IMG/VR virus record: IMGVR_UViG_3300005058_000153
Coordinates: 1 to 33,231 of that record
DNA: 33,231 nt
Direction: 5' to 3' (one strand)
Origin: a virus
Taxonomy: Duplodnaviria; Caudoviricetes
Below the pieces are notes generated by a model. It was not told the origin of the DNA, searched no databases, and saw nothing but the letters and a program-made list of their open reading frames with translations. Shown piece by piece: positions 1-8,883 of the stretch. Both the position numbers and the translations under genes were made by a program. Numbering within the stretch: position 1 is the stretch's first letter; each line of letters opens with the position of its first letter.

Positions 1-468
1 ATGAAACCGTTTTTGATTACATCTGGCACGACTGAAGGTTTTGAAAGCATGGTGCAGAAGGCGTTGCAAAGTGGGTATGCGATTGATAATGCGCCGTTTG
101 TGCATGGTGATTTGCTATGTCAGTGGGTGAAGCCGATGCCGAATTATTACGAGTGGAAACTGGTGGTTGGGGTTTCACTTGGTGATTTGCAGGCTGAGGT
201 GCAAAAGTTTTACGGGGAAGGTTTTGATTTTCTTTATAACCCGTTGGCATTTGCGCGTGAAGATGTGTTTGTGCAGTGGGTGCAAAGATGGAAGGTAGTA
301 GCAGAGCCTTTGACGATTGCGGCAGAACAAAAACTAGTAGAAGGCGTTTCTGCTGAGTTGAAGTTGGTGGAGGACGCTCGACCAGTGCAGTTGGTGGTTG
401 GTGACGGTTTGTTTTCTTCATGGGGAGGGAATCCTTTCACTGTGAACTTTGGGGGTAGCCATGAGTGA
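1..468 (+). CDS. Hypothetical protein
   Basis: 155-aa ORF on the coding strand; overlaps the next gene start. Confidence 0.65.
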   Translation: MKPFLITSGTTEGFESMVQKALQSGYAIDNAPFVHGDLLCQWVKPMPNYYEWKLVVGVSLGDLQAEVQKFYGEGFDFLYNPLAFAREDVFVQWVQRWKVVAEPLTIAAEQKLVEGVSAELKLVEDARPVQLVVGDGLFSSWGGNPFTVNFGGSHE

Positions 469-634
469 TGTTAAGGTTACGCATGTTGGAAAGTTCAACC
501 CTGATTTGTTTGAGCAAACGATGGTGCATTTGATGGAGTGGTTAGAAGAGCAGGGTGTGGTGTTGGTTGAAGAAGATGTGGCAGAGATTGTGGCGCAGTA
601 TGAAGAAGAGCCAGAGTTTGATTTGGTTTCATAG
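461..634 (+). CDS. Small acidic hypothetical protein
   Basis: ATG at 461 after a G-rich RBS (gggggt); ORF track 449..634. Confidence 0.6.
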   Translation: MSDVKVTHVGKFNPDLFEQTMVHLMEWLEEQGVVLVEEDVAEIVAQYEEEPEFDLVS

Positions 635-750
635 TTTTATTTTCGCATGGTTTTTCTGATTTGTCAGAACTTGGAGTGCATTATGAAGAAGATTTCGCCG
701 TTACTCACTCTTTTGATTATTTTTATTTCAACGATTGGATTGGTTGCGAT

Positions 751-1059
751 ATGTCTGTATCTGTTGTTTTCTTAATATTTTTGTTTGGCATTTTGATTGG
801 TGCAGGCGCGATGGCACTGTATGCCGACCGCAGAGATTTGGCGCGACGAGTTTCTGACCTTGAAAAGGTAAATGAAAAATTACGGCTGGCGAATAAAAGT
901 AATTTGCCTTTTGCGACTGCGGAAGAAATAGAGAATGTGTTGGCTGGTGTGGTGCTTTTGAAAAATGAACTTATGGTGAAGACTACTATTTTGGAAAACA
1001 TAGAGGCGCACGCGAAGTTAGCCAGAGAGAATAAGCGTGCTGGTGAAAGTAGTATTTGA
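751..1059 (+). CDS. Hypothetical membrane protein (N-terminal TM helix + coiled coil)
   Basis: VVFLIFLFGILIGAGAMALY hydrophobic helix; ATG at 751 preferred to TTG at 661. Confidence 0.65.
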   Translation: MSVSVVFLIFLFGILIGAGAMALYADRRDLARRVSDLEKVNEKLRLANKSNLPFATAEEIENVLAGVVLLKNELMVKTTILENIEAHAKLARENKRAGESSI

Positions 1060-1107
1060 CCCTCACCCCGACCCTTCTCGAATGAAGTGCGTCATTTGGA
1101 GAAAGAG
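1060..1107. repeat. BoxC-like intergenic palindromic element
   Basis: CCCTCACCCCGACCCTTCTC followed by a TTCTC...GAGAA hairpin directly after a stop codon. Confidence 0.45.
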
Positions 1108-1129
1108 ATAAATTGGAAGGAGTATTGAT

Positions 1130-1315
1130 ATGGCAGTAGCAGTAAACCAAAAACAGGTTGTAGCAAGGGGCAGTGTGATTTGGCGCGGCATTTTTATTTT
1201 TGAAACGAAGTATGGTTGTGAATTTTTTATTGGCTTCAAGAAGTATACAAAAAAGACTTTGGAAGAAGCGACAGCATTTATTGATTGGAAACTTGGTGGT
1301 AGCAGGGTTTCGTGA
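1130..1315 (+). CDS. Hypothetical protein
   Basis: AAGGAG RBS upstream; 61 aa. Confidence 0.6.
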   Translation: MAVAVNQKQVVARGSVIWRGIFIFETKYGCEFFIGFKKYTKKTLEEATAFIDWKLGGSRVS

Positions 1316-1326
1316 GGTCTTGATAC

Positions 1327-1350
1327 AGGGCGAGATGACCTCGCCCCTAC
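1327..1350 (-). repeat. GTAG-type REP element
   Basis: Minus strand reads GTAGGGGCGAG-GTCAT-CTCGCCCT: a GTAG tetranucleotide plus GC-rich hairpin. Confidence 0.6.
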
Positions 1351-1453
1351 TCGACCAACGGCTCTGATATTCATTCTCTTCTCCAAGTGGGACTGTGGCT
1401 TGAGTAACCACAGTCCCCGAAGAGGATGGGCAGTAATTGGTAAAGGAGAAAAC

Positions 1454-1546
1454 ATGAACACAGGTGCTTGGCTTTTGATAGTGATTGCGGTGGTTGGTTG
1501 TTTTGTAATTATTTTTTCGGATGTGATTTTTAGTAAAAAGAAGTAG
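1454..1546 (+). CDS. 30-aa single-TM peptide (MNTGAWLLIVIAVVGCFVIIFSDVIFSKKK), below ORF track cutoff
   Basis: Strong AAGGAG RBS at 1443-1448; hydrophobic core and Lys tail; TAG overlaps next start. Confidence 0.6.
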   Translation: MNTGAWLLIVIAVVGCFVIIFSDVIFSKKK

Positions 1547-1740
1547 TGATGGCAAAGATACCTGAATATTCAATGTTTTCATTCGAGATGGCGTTTGCTG
1601 GTTTTTACCAGACTGTGCCGATGTATTGTTTTGGCGGAAAGTATCTGGTGACACTGCCGAGTGGGTATTTTGCGACCAGCCCGTATAAACATGAGATGTT
1701 GTCTTTTGTAGATTTTTATTGGAAGAGCAGGATGAATTAA
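1546..1740 (+). CDS. Hypothetical protein
   Basis: 64-aa ORF coupled to the upstream stop. Confidence 0.5.
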   Translation: MMAKIPEYSMFSFEMAFAGFYQTVPMYCFGGKYLVTLPSGYFATSPYKHEMLSFVDFYWKSRMN

Positions 1741-1750
1741 GGAGTAACCC

Positions 1751-2185
1751 ATGCACAAGATGAGTGATGAAGAACTTGACAAAATGGTGCTGTATTTTTT
1801 GAGTAGTCACGTTGGCGAGAATAACAAAATTGACCGTTGGGCGTTGGCTGAGCGTGTGTATGGTGTGTCTATCCCTGCGATTGAACGCAACGATAAAAAC
1901 AGTTTAGACCGCAATGTGCGTGAAAGCGTGAGCCGACTTCGTAACAAAGGTGAATTGATTTGTGATGTGGGTAATGGTCAGGGCAGATGGATGGCGGCGA
2001 ACATTGATGAGTTTTGGAAGTTCTATGCTTATTTTGTTTCGCCGATTTCAGCCAAGGCAAACACGGCGCGAATTTTGAAGAAGTCTGCTTTGCAGAAGTT
2101 TAATCAACTGCAACCGAGTTTATTTGGTTCGCTGATTCCGCAACATGAAGCGTTTGAAGATTTGGAAGTTTCAGCAGTCAGATAA
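1751..2185 (+). CDS. Hypothetical protein, probable winged-helix DNA-binding domain
   Basis: AAGGAG RBS; 'LAERVYG...DRNVRESVSRLRNKGELI...G.GRW' wHTH-like pattern. Confidence 0.6.
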   Translation: MHKMSDEELDKMVLYFLSSHVGENNKIDRWALAERVYGVSIPAIERNDKNSLDRNVRESVSRLRNKGELICDVGNGQGRWMAANIDEFWKFYAYFVSPISAKANTARILKKSALQKFNQLQPSLFGSLIPQHEAFEDLEVSAVR

Positions 2186-2199
2186 CGAAGGAGTTTTTG

Positions 2200-2541
2200 A
2201 TGTTGATACATGAATTTAAGAAATGGCAAAAGATTGTGTGTTCCGATTTTCCTTCATCCGTCACTTGCCCTGATTGTTGTGGCTTATCAGCACTATACAG
2301 TGAAAAATGCAATACTTGTGGCGGACGTTCTTTTATTCCGATTGAAGAAATTATCAATGAAACGCTATACGAGCAAATGGTTCGTTTTTACAAAAATAAG
2401 TTTGATTTATGGGCAAACGGACAGCCGAAGCATGTTCCCAAAGGTTGGGGCTTGCGTTATGAAGGGTTTATCTCTCCTATGCTTTATTACCTTGAGGCGT
2501 GGGGGTTGGAAAGCGGCGAATTATTGGAATTTAGATGTTAG
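2200..2541 (+). CDS. Hypothetical Zn-finger protein
   Basis: AAGGAG RBS; CPDCCG...CNTCGG motifs. Confidence 0.6.
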   Translation: MLIHEFKKWQKIVCSDFPSSVTCPDCCGLSALYSEKCNTCGGRSFIPIEEIINETLYEQMVRFYKNKFDLWANGQPKHVPKGWGLRYEGFISPMLYYLEAWGLESGELLEFRC

Positions 2542-2781
2542 ATGCAAGCGATTGAGCAGATAAAGCCTGTGGCTTGGGTTGGGGAGGACAGGCTGGTGTT
2601 GAAGGACATTACGCGCTATGGGTTGAATCGGCGTGTGATTGCGAGAAAGAATGTTGAGCCAGATGTGGAAGCGTGGCTGGCGGTGTGTGAGAAGGAAGCC
2701 AACGGTGCTGAGGTGTGGGGCTGTTTGGTGCAGGTAGAAAATTTTTATGTGTTGTGGATTGTTTGGAAGGAGCGTCCATGA
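2542..2781 (+). CDS. Hypothetical protein
   Basis: Abuts upstream stop; ATGA overlap with next gene. Confidence 0.6.
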   Translation: MQAIEQIKPVAWVGEDRLVLKDITRYGLNRRVIARKNVEPDVEAWLAVCEKEANGAEVWGCLVQVENFYVLWIVWKERP

Positions 2782-4751
2782 AGAAGATTAGTTTGTTAGT
2801 TATGTGGTTGGCTAGTTGGCTAGTTGCTTGCGGTGGTCAGCCATCAGTGGTTAGCGTTCAGCCGACGGTGGACCCGTTTGTGGCGTTGGAATCGGCTCAA
2901 CGGACGAGTGAGGCGTTGCAAGATGAAGCGGATTTTTATGCGCGTCAGTTGACGGCTACGGCTGAGGCTCCGATTGTGGCGATTACGCAAACGGTGGCGG
3001 CATTTGCTATGCAACAAGTTTATGCAGATGCGACATCACAAGCGAGCATGATGACGCAGACTGCGGCAATGACACAAACAGCACAGAGTTGGACTGCGAC
3101 GCCGAATTTGACAGCAACGATGGCAGTGTTGGAATTATCTGCTACGGCGCAGGTGATGGCGAATGATGTTGAAAAAAATAATTTAAGTGTGGAGCAGATG
3201 AAATCTACGAATATGATTCGTGCGGCAGTGCCTTATGTAATTGGTTTCATTTTGTTGTTTGTGGTTGTTATGTTTGGAATTGTGGTGGCTTTACGCTTGT
3301 CAACCAAGCCGACTCCGTTGCAAGAGAATGGCGTACCTCATCCAATGATAAATGTAATTGATGGAACTTGGAGCACGTTAGATAAATCTGTTAATGGCAC
3401 GATTGGATTGAATAAAGGTTTTGTGGCTCAATTACCTGCTATCACGCCTGAACGTCAAGATGTGGTGACGAACCGTGCGCAGTTGATAGATATGCAAACA
3501 CGAGGCAGGAAGTTTCCAAAAAGACTACTTGAAAACTCGAAGGCTTTATCTGCTGGTGAATTGGGCGAGCCGACAGCAACTCCGATTGATGATGAGGATT
3601 TGAATTTACCACTACCTGCTTGGGATTTTATTTACAAGTGGGATGGTTCTGCGAAGCCATTAGGTTTTGGTAGGCAAGGTTTGATTCTCTCGAAAGCAAC
3701 TAGCCCTCATATTTTGGTGGCGGGTACATCGGGTGCAGGTAAAACGAGATTTATATTGAGACCTCTGACTGCGGCAAGTTTGGCAAAAGGTGAAGTAGTG
3801 CTCAATATTGGTTATTCGCAAGCAGGTTTTGGCGTGTTTGAAGCGCATCCGAATTATTACAGTATGCAATTGAGAGACCCACGCGATGTTTTGCAAGCCT
3901 TAGCGCAAGTGTATGACGAGATTCAACGCCGCAAAGCCATGATTGGCGGTGCAGATATGGATTGGGAGCATTGGCAAGGTGGTAAACCTCCGCTTCCGTT
4001 CTTGACCTTATTGGTTGATGAAATGGAGAATATGTCTGAGGAAATAGCAAGCGACTATGACGATGGCTCGAAGGTATGTAAAGAGATGTGGAGTTTGGTA
4101 GCGCGTATAACAAAAGAAGGACGAAAAACAGGTGTGGTGTTTAACAGTGCTTTACAAGATGGTACTGGCAAGAGCATTGATTTACGCTTCCGCCGAAATT
4201 GCACGTTGGTAGCTTTACGTTTGGGCGATGCTAGCCATAGCAGTGCCTTCATTGGGTCAAGTGGCGCACAACATTTGACATTGGGTCGCTTCATGGCACG
4301 CACTGACGAGCTGGTGATTGGGGGCGGGTTTGAACCAAGTGATAGCGACATTATTTCGTACTTAGGTAGATATACCGTGCCTGAACAAGAAACGCCGAAG
4401 TGGATTGAGGGAGTTATCAAGCCGAATGAGCATAAGCAAATATCCGCTAGTGATGAAGCGGGGTCTCTTCCAGTAGTGGAAAGCGGTCAGCAGTCAGTGG
4501 TTAGCAATCAGCCGACTGTAGATAAATCAAAGTTTGATGATGACATTATTGAGAAGGCAGAGGAGTTGAGACCTGTATGGCATCCGAAAATGACGAAGAC
4601 TGAAATTGCAAAGAAACTTTTTAAGCGTGCATACGCTGGTGACTTGGTTTGGAAGATTGGTCAGATTTTGGAGTATCTCTCTACTACTACTTCTACTACT
4701 ACCGAGAAATCGGCTGAAAATGGCGGTTTTGAGCCTGTTTTGGTGCAGTAG
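2778..4751 (+). CDS. Lipoprotein-anchored FtsK/SpoIIIE (TraB-like) ATPase
   Basis: AAGGAG RBS before ATG 2778; MKK...LVAC lipobox; TM helix; Walker A HILVAGTSGAGKT, Walker B LLVDE, GRKTG arginine-finger motif. Confidence 0.8.
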   Translation: MKKISLLVMWLASWLVACGGQPSVVSVQPTVDPFVALESAQRTSEALQDEADFYARQLTATAEAPIVAITQTVAAFAMQQVYADATSQASMMTQTAAMTQTAQSWTATPNLTATMAVLELSATAQVMANDVEKNNLSVEQMKSTNMIRAAVPYVIGFILLFVVVMFGIVVALRLSTKPTPLQENGVPHPMINVIDGTWSTLDKSVNGTIGLNKGFVAQLPAITPERQDVVTNRAQLIDMQTRGRKFPKRLLENSKALSAGELGEPTATPIDDEDLNLPLPAWDFIYKWDGSAKPLGFGRQGLILSKATSPHILVAGTSGAGKTRFILRPLTAASLAKGEVVLNIGYSQAGFGVFEAHPNYYSMQLRDPRDVLQALAQVYDEIQRRKAMIGGADMDWEHWQGGKPPLPFLTLLVDEMENMSEEIASDYDDGSKVCKEMWSLVARITKEGRKTGVVFNSALQDGTGKSIDLRFRRNCTLVALRLGDASHSSAFIGSSGAQHLTLGRFMARTDELVIGGGFEPSDSDIISYLGRYTVPEQETPKWIEGVIKPNEHKQISASDEAGSLPVVESGQQSVVSNQPTVDKSKFDDDIIEKAEELRPVWHPKMTKTEIAKKLFKRAYAGDLVWKIGQILEYLSTTTSTTTEKSAENGGFEPVLVQ

Positions 4752-4811
4752 TAGTAGGACTTGACTTATTTGGGTTGTTACGGCGTAGTTGTGAAAAGGA
4801 GATGATTAAGA

Positions 4812-5012
4812 ATGATTGCAAAAATTAACTTCAAATGGTTTGATTTTTGGATTGGGTTTTATTGGGATGCTGAAAACAAGATTTTGTATTTCTGCCCATT
4901 ACCGATGTGTGCAATATCTATTTCTTGGCAAAGATGTTCAGGGTCTTGCAATAAACCTATATTTTTGAACGAAGGTCTTTTTTGTCATGATAGAGACTGC
5001 CTTCCGTTTTAA
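4812..5012 (+). CDS. Hypothetical protein
   Basis: AAGGAG RBS; 66 aa, aromatic/Cys-rich. Confidence 0.6.
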   Translation: MIAKINFKWFDFWIGFYWDAENKILYFCPLPMCAISISWQRCSGSCNKPIFLNEGLFCHDRDCLPF

Positions 5013-5024
5013 GGCAAAGGAGAA

Positions 5025-5801
5025 ATGATGGCGAATAAAAGTGAAGTGAGAAAAGGCTTAGATATTGGGCGTGTGCTAGTGTATGGGGTTGCTTCGTTCG
5101 ATGCTTATGCGATGGGACGGGCATTTCATGTGTATGACCCTGCGGGTTGGGCGATAGGGAATGTGAATGTTGCTGGCTTGATTTTGGGTGCAGTTATCAA
5201 TTTGATAGTTGCGCAAGCGGCGATTCATTTGCCAGACTTGGCGGCTACGTTCTCTTCCTTAAAAGAGTCATTGCCTACTTTATCTAAAAAGATGGATAAA
5301 AAGCAGGTAGCACAACATAAAAAAGATTTGAAGAAGATGTTGAAGGCAGGCGCACGCAGTTTGTATTCACATATCGGCTATTTTGTGTTGCTGGGTTTAT
5401 CGGTGGTTTTGGTTGCACCTGCAATGTTTAATATTTGGAGTGAGGCTTTAGATTTTTCTGATACTTTCGTGAGCTTTATGGCTTTTGTTGGTTCAGTTGC
5501 GCCTGCTGTGGCAATTACGGTGGGTGGTTTTATCGCTAGCGACGCTGGGAGCGACAGTCAGCGACGCTCAGCGACGCTGGGAGCGACAGTCAGCGACGCT
5601 CAGCGACCAATTCAGCGACGCTCAGCGACCAAACCAGCGACGCTGTCAGCGAAAATTTATCGCTGTGAGTGTGGTGAAGAGTTTGTAAACCGAAATAAAT
5701 ATAGTGGTCACACTGGCAAATGCGTGAAGTATCAGGAAAAGAAGCGTGCGCAATTGGACCCAACTTTGTTGATTGACCCATCGAAGGTGGTGAAGCAATG
5801 A
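5025..5801 (+). CDS. Multi-pass membrane protein with C-terminal Zn-finger-like motif
   Basis: AAGGAG RBS; about 4 hydrophobic segments; CECG...HTGKC. Confidence 0.7.
   Translation: MMANKSEVRKGLDIGRVLVYGVASFDAYAMGRAFHVYDPAGWAIGNVNVAGLILGAVINLIVAQAAIHLPDLAATFSSLKESLPTLSKKMDKKQVAQHKKDLKKMLKAGARSLYSHIGYFVLLGLSVVLVAPAMFNIWSEALDFSDTFVSFMAFVGSVAPAVAITVGGFIASDAGSDSQRRSATLGATVSDAQRPIQRRSATKPATLSAKIYRCECGEEFVNRNKYSGHTGKCVKYQEKKRAQLDPTLLIDPSKVVKQ
5538..5653 (+). repeat. Array of 10 exact AGCGAC direct repeats (+1 variant) spaced 10-12 bp
   Basis: Copies at 5538, 5550, 5560, 5570, 5582, 5592, 5602, 5614, 5624, 5636; AGCGAA at 5648. Confidence 0.9.
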
Positions 5802-6571
5802 GTGGTTTGATTGTTGGCTTGGTGCTTCGCACGCCTATTACGGAAGAATTTAACACAGAGGCGAAGTTTGTTGCCACTGTGTATGCCGACCATGCTTGGG
5901 AAGATGGCACACATGCTTATCCAGCAGTTGATACTGTGGCGGGTATTACTGGCTTATCTTCGCGCACAGTGCAAAGATATTTACGTGTGCTTGAAGAGAT
6001 TGGGATGTTGCGTATTATGGGGAAGGGTCCGCGCGGCACGAATCGGTATGACTTCACTCTTCAAAATAATAAAGATGGTTCGGTTGGCTTGGTTTTGGTT
6101 GGGGGTGACACGGAATCGGGTGACACGGAATCGGGTGACACTGGTGTCACCCAAACAAACAACCCGTCATTAAATCTTGTTGTTAATGGCGCCGACGTTG
6201 CAAAAATTTCAAAACTGTATGAGCGTGAGATTGGCGCACTTACGCCTTTGGTGGCTGATTCAATTCGGGATGCTTTGAAGGATTATCCAGCCGACTGGAT
6301 TGAGGAAGCAATTCCAATTGCTGTTGCTAATAATTCTCGACGTTGGAATTATGTTTTGGCAATTTTGAAGAATTGCAAGGATGCAGGTAAGAGACCGTCA
6401 TTGAATAGATTGGAGAAAGGAAAATCTTATGGCAACAATAGCTCAAGCAATTCAAACGGCACAAAACCCAAGCGACCCACAAAAGCAAACAATACCGAAC
6501 CAAGCGCAGGTGACATCGCCGCCGCAGAACAAGTCAAAGCCAAAAAACGTGCTCAAACAGCAGTGCCCTGA
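5798..6571 (+). CDS. Phage replication initiator (N-terminal HTH + DnaD-like domain)
   Basis: AYPAVDTVAGITGLSSRTVQRYLRVLEEIG HTH; LYEREIG.LTP...WIEEAI..AV.NN.RRWNYV.AIL DnaD motif. Confidence 0.85.
   Translation: MSGLIVGLVLRTPITEEFNTEAKFVATVYADHAWEDGTHAYPAVDTVAGITGLSSRTVQRYLRVLEEIGMLRIMGKGPRGTNRYDFTLQNNKDGSVGLVLVGGDTESGDTESGDTGVTQTNNPSLNLVVNGADVAKISKLYEREIGALTPLVADSIRDALKDYPADWIEEAIPIAVANNSRRWNYVLAILKNCKDAGKRPSLNRLEKGKSYGNNSSSNSNGTKPKRPTKANNTEPSAGDIAAAEQVKAKKRAQTAVP
6103..6152. repeat. Iteron-like repeats, putative replication origin
   Basis: GGGTGACACGGAATC x2, then GGGTGACAC and inverted GTGTCACCC, in the initiator gene linker. Confidence 0.7.
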
Positions 6572-7226
6572 ATGCAATGGTGCAAGATATTTCAGATACG
6601 ATGTTGAGATTTATCACCCCATGTTTGGTAAGTTCTTCCCATGCGAGGCATGTAACAAAGATGCCGTTGCAGAAAGCACAGGATTGAATCCGCTTGAACG
6701 CAAGATTACATTTGCCGACATCGTGACCAATCAAAGACCTGGTGCAGTGAAGATGCTGCAAGCCGCACAAGAGTTCATGCGTACGCAAACAGGTTTTCTC
6801 ACCATACACGGTGGCTTTGGTAATGCAAAGACGACACTGCTCAAAGCCATCATCAACGAATGCGTGAATAAAGGCGTTTCGGCACGTTATGCAACCATGA
6901 CAGAAGTGATGAATTATGCACGTGAAGCTTTTCAGAACACTCAGCAAGGCGATACGGACTATGGTCGCATAGTCAGATTGGCACAAGTGCAGGTGTTGGT
7001 GATTGACGAAGTAGACAAAGCCCGTGTGACTGAATATGCGCGTGAAGTGCAAACCCATTTGTTTGATGTGCGCTATCGAAAGTCACATTTGGTTGGCACG
7101 GTGGTGGCTTGGAATGGCGAGTTTGATGCCATTGATTTGCCGTGGGTACTGAGCCGCCTTAGCCAGTTTATTGTTGTTGAAAACAACGATACCGACATGA
7201 GGCCTTTACTTGGAGAGAAACGATGA
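6429..7226 (+). CDS. DnaC/IstB-like AAA+ helicase loader
   Basis: CPEC...CEAC Zn motif; Walker A GGFGNAKT; Walker B VLVIDEVD; follows initiator. Start uncertain. Confidence 0.85.
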   Translation: MATIAQAIQTAQNPSDPQKQTIPNQAQVTSPPQNKSKPKNVLKQQCPECNGARYFRYDVEIYHPMFGKFFPCEACNKDAVAESTGLNPLERKITFADIVTNQRPGAVKMLQAAQEFMRTQTGFLTIHGGFGNAKTTLLKAIINECVNKGVSARYATMTEVMNYAREAFQNTQQGDTDYGRIVRLAQVQVLVIDEVDKARVTEYAREVQTHLFDVRYRKSHLVGTVVAWNGEFDAIDLPWVLSRLSQFIVVENNDTDMRPLLGEKR

Positions 7227-7606
7227 CCCAGTTATTACACAATATTGATGATGTGCGTGATCGGATTGTGCAACTTGAATCGGCTGAGGTCTTTGATGAA
7301 GATGCTTGGCTTGCAGTGTTGGCTGATTTACGGAGTGCTGGACGTGTGGCAGGTTTGGCTGATGCGCAACGTAGGATGGAAACGGCGCGGGAGAATCAGC
7401 CCTCTCCAAAAGCGGGAGAGGGAGTCAGTGTTGCTGTGGAAACAGGATTTAAATATGGAATGAAACTTTTGTTTACCAATGACAACATGTCTGAGATGCG
7501 CTTTCAATTACAAAACGGTCAAAAGATTTGGTATTCCGAAATGAATGCAATTCAACGTGGTCATGCTAATAAACTTATCCATTCAAACGAAACGGAAGGT
7601 GTGTGA
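7223..7606 (+). CDS. Hypothetical protein
   Basis: GGAG RBS; ATGA overlap. Confidence 0.6.
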   Translation: MTQLLHNIDDVRDRIVQLESAEVFDEDAWLAVLADLRSAGRVAGLADAQRRMETARENQPSPKAGEGVSVAVETGFKYGMKLLFTNDNMSEMRFQLQNGQKIWYSEMNAIQRGHANKLIHSNETEGV

Positions 7607-8124
7607 TGGCGGATCAATTCAAGCCAAGTCAAGAGGCGAAGGTCATTCCTTGTTTTGAGGATGTGAGCGGCAAAGATGGCTGGGAAGGTCATCGCACTCA
7701 GAAGACGATTGATAAACTCCTTTCGGAGATTGCTACTAATTTATCTTTGACTGGTTGCTTGTTTACTGGCTATCAGACGGGGATGTATGGAGACCGACAA
7801 GGTTTTCAAATTCATTTCGCTATGAAAGCGGATGGTGGCGCAATGATGCCTAGCAGGTTGGATATATGTTGTTTGCCGACACGAAGCAATGCAAATTCTA
7901 TCGTTGATGGAACTCGGAAGATGGCTTTGTATATGACTGCACAAGCTATCAAGGGTTCATATTTTTTGACTGTGCTTTCGCCATCGTACATTCCGTTTAT
8001 GTCTTTGATGTTGACGAGTGATGATATGACACTGGGTCAGGCGTGGATGTCACAAGGTAGATTGTCTGCGCTTATGCCGCCACCTGATGCGGGTTTTGAG
8101 GTGGTGGAGGGTGAGGTGAAGTGA
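7603..8124 (+). CDS. Hypothetical protein
   Basis: 173-aa ORF overlapping both neighbours by 4 bp. Confidence 0.7.
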   Translation: MMADQFKPSQEAKVIPCFEDVSGKDGWEGHRTQKTIDKLLSEIATNLSLTGCLFTGYQTGMYGDRQGFQIHFAMKADGGAMMPSRLDICCLPTRSNANSIVDGTRKMALYMTAQAIKGSYFLTVLSPSYIPFMSLMLTSDDMTLGQAWMSQGRLSALMPPPDAGFEVVEGEVK

Positions 8125-8555
8125 TGAACAAATATAACCTTACATGCCCTGATTGTAAGCATTCAGAAATAGACCATCTTGAAATGGGGTGTCAACACCC
8201 TGATTGTGGTTGTGAAGAAAATCTTGAGTCTATTTGCGAACTTCTTCAACAAAAAGCCGAAGACATGATTAGTAAACGTAATATGTATCCAAATGTTTTG
8301 GTTGACGTTTTACAAGAACGATTACGTCAGTTTGATAAATGGGGGGAGCAAAACCATACTGACGAAATTTGGCTTGCGATTTTGAGTGAAGAGATTGGCG
8401 AAGTTTCACAGGCTTTATTGCACAATAAACATGGTGGTCATGCGGCAAGGACTTTGTATAAAGAACTTGTGCAAGTAGCAGCTGTATCAATTCAATGGTT
8501 GGAGTGCATCACTCGTAATGGTGAAGTTGTAACGTCACAGCCAGAGAGCGGGTAG
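8121..8555 (+). CDS. MazG-like nucleotide pyrophosphohydrolase with N-terminal Cys-rich domain
   Basis: WLAILSEEIGEVSQA...KELVQVAAV MazG-like ExxE motif. Confidence 0.7.
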   Translation: MMNKYNLTCPDCKHSEIDHLEMGCQHPDCGCEENLESICELLQQKAEDMISKRNMYPNVLVDVLQERLRQFDKWGEQNHTDEIWLAILSEEIGEVSQALLHNKHGGHAARTLYKELVQVAAVSIQWLECITRNGEVVTSQPESG

Positions 8556-8558
8556 TGT

Positions 8559-8882
8559 ATGTCAGCAAAGAGAAGAACATTTATTCGTTGCGAAGATGGT
8601 CATGTGATTGGTGAGATTGTGCTTGATAGGATTCATCAGGCTGAGGTTAGTGCTTTGTATGTTTATAGAGAAAGTATTGAGAAGGCTGATGATGTTCCTG
8701 AAAACTTGCCGACGAGACAATCTTTATCTTTTGGCTTCTCGAAGCATGATTGCACGATATGCAAAAAAGAAGTGGCGTGGGGTATGACGAATAGGGTAGC
8801 AATTACATTGGTGACGAACCTGTTGAATGGGTTGTATGAGCCTGCGAAGTTTAGTCAACAGATGGTGAAGGAGCAGGAATAA
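8559..8882 (+). CDS. Hypothetical Zn-ribbon protein
   Basis: CEDGH...CTIC; stop 1 bp before intI ATG. Confidence 0.65.
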   Translation: MSAKRRTFIRCEDGHVIGEIVLDRIHQAEVSALYVYRESIEKADDVPENLPTRQSLSFGFSKHDCTICKKEVAWGMTNRVAITLVTNLLNGLYEPAKFSQQMVKEQE

Positions 8883-8883
8883 A

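Noticed and set aside
986..1810. 274-aa minus-strand ORF and other minus-strand ORFs
   Set aside because: Shadows of + strand genes with no recognisable motifs; the G/T-skewed + strand yields stop-poor antisense frames.
4749..4757. Stop-codon reassignment suggested by tandem TAGs
   Set aside because: Genes are full length under the standard code and TAG ends several of them normally.
5538..5653. CRISPR array
   Set aside because: Repeats are 6-10 bp with no unique ~30-bp spacers and no cas genes.
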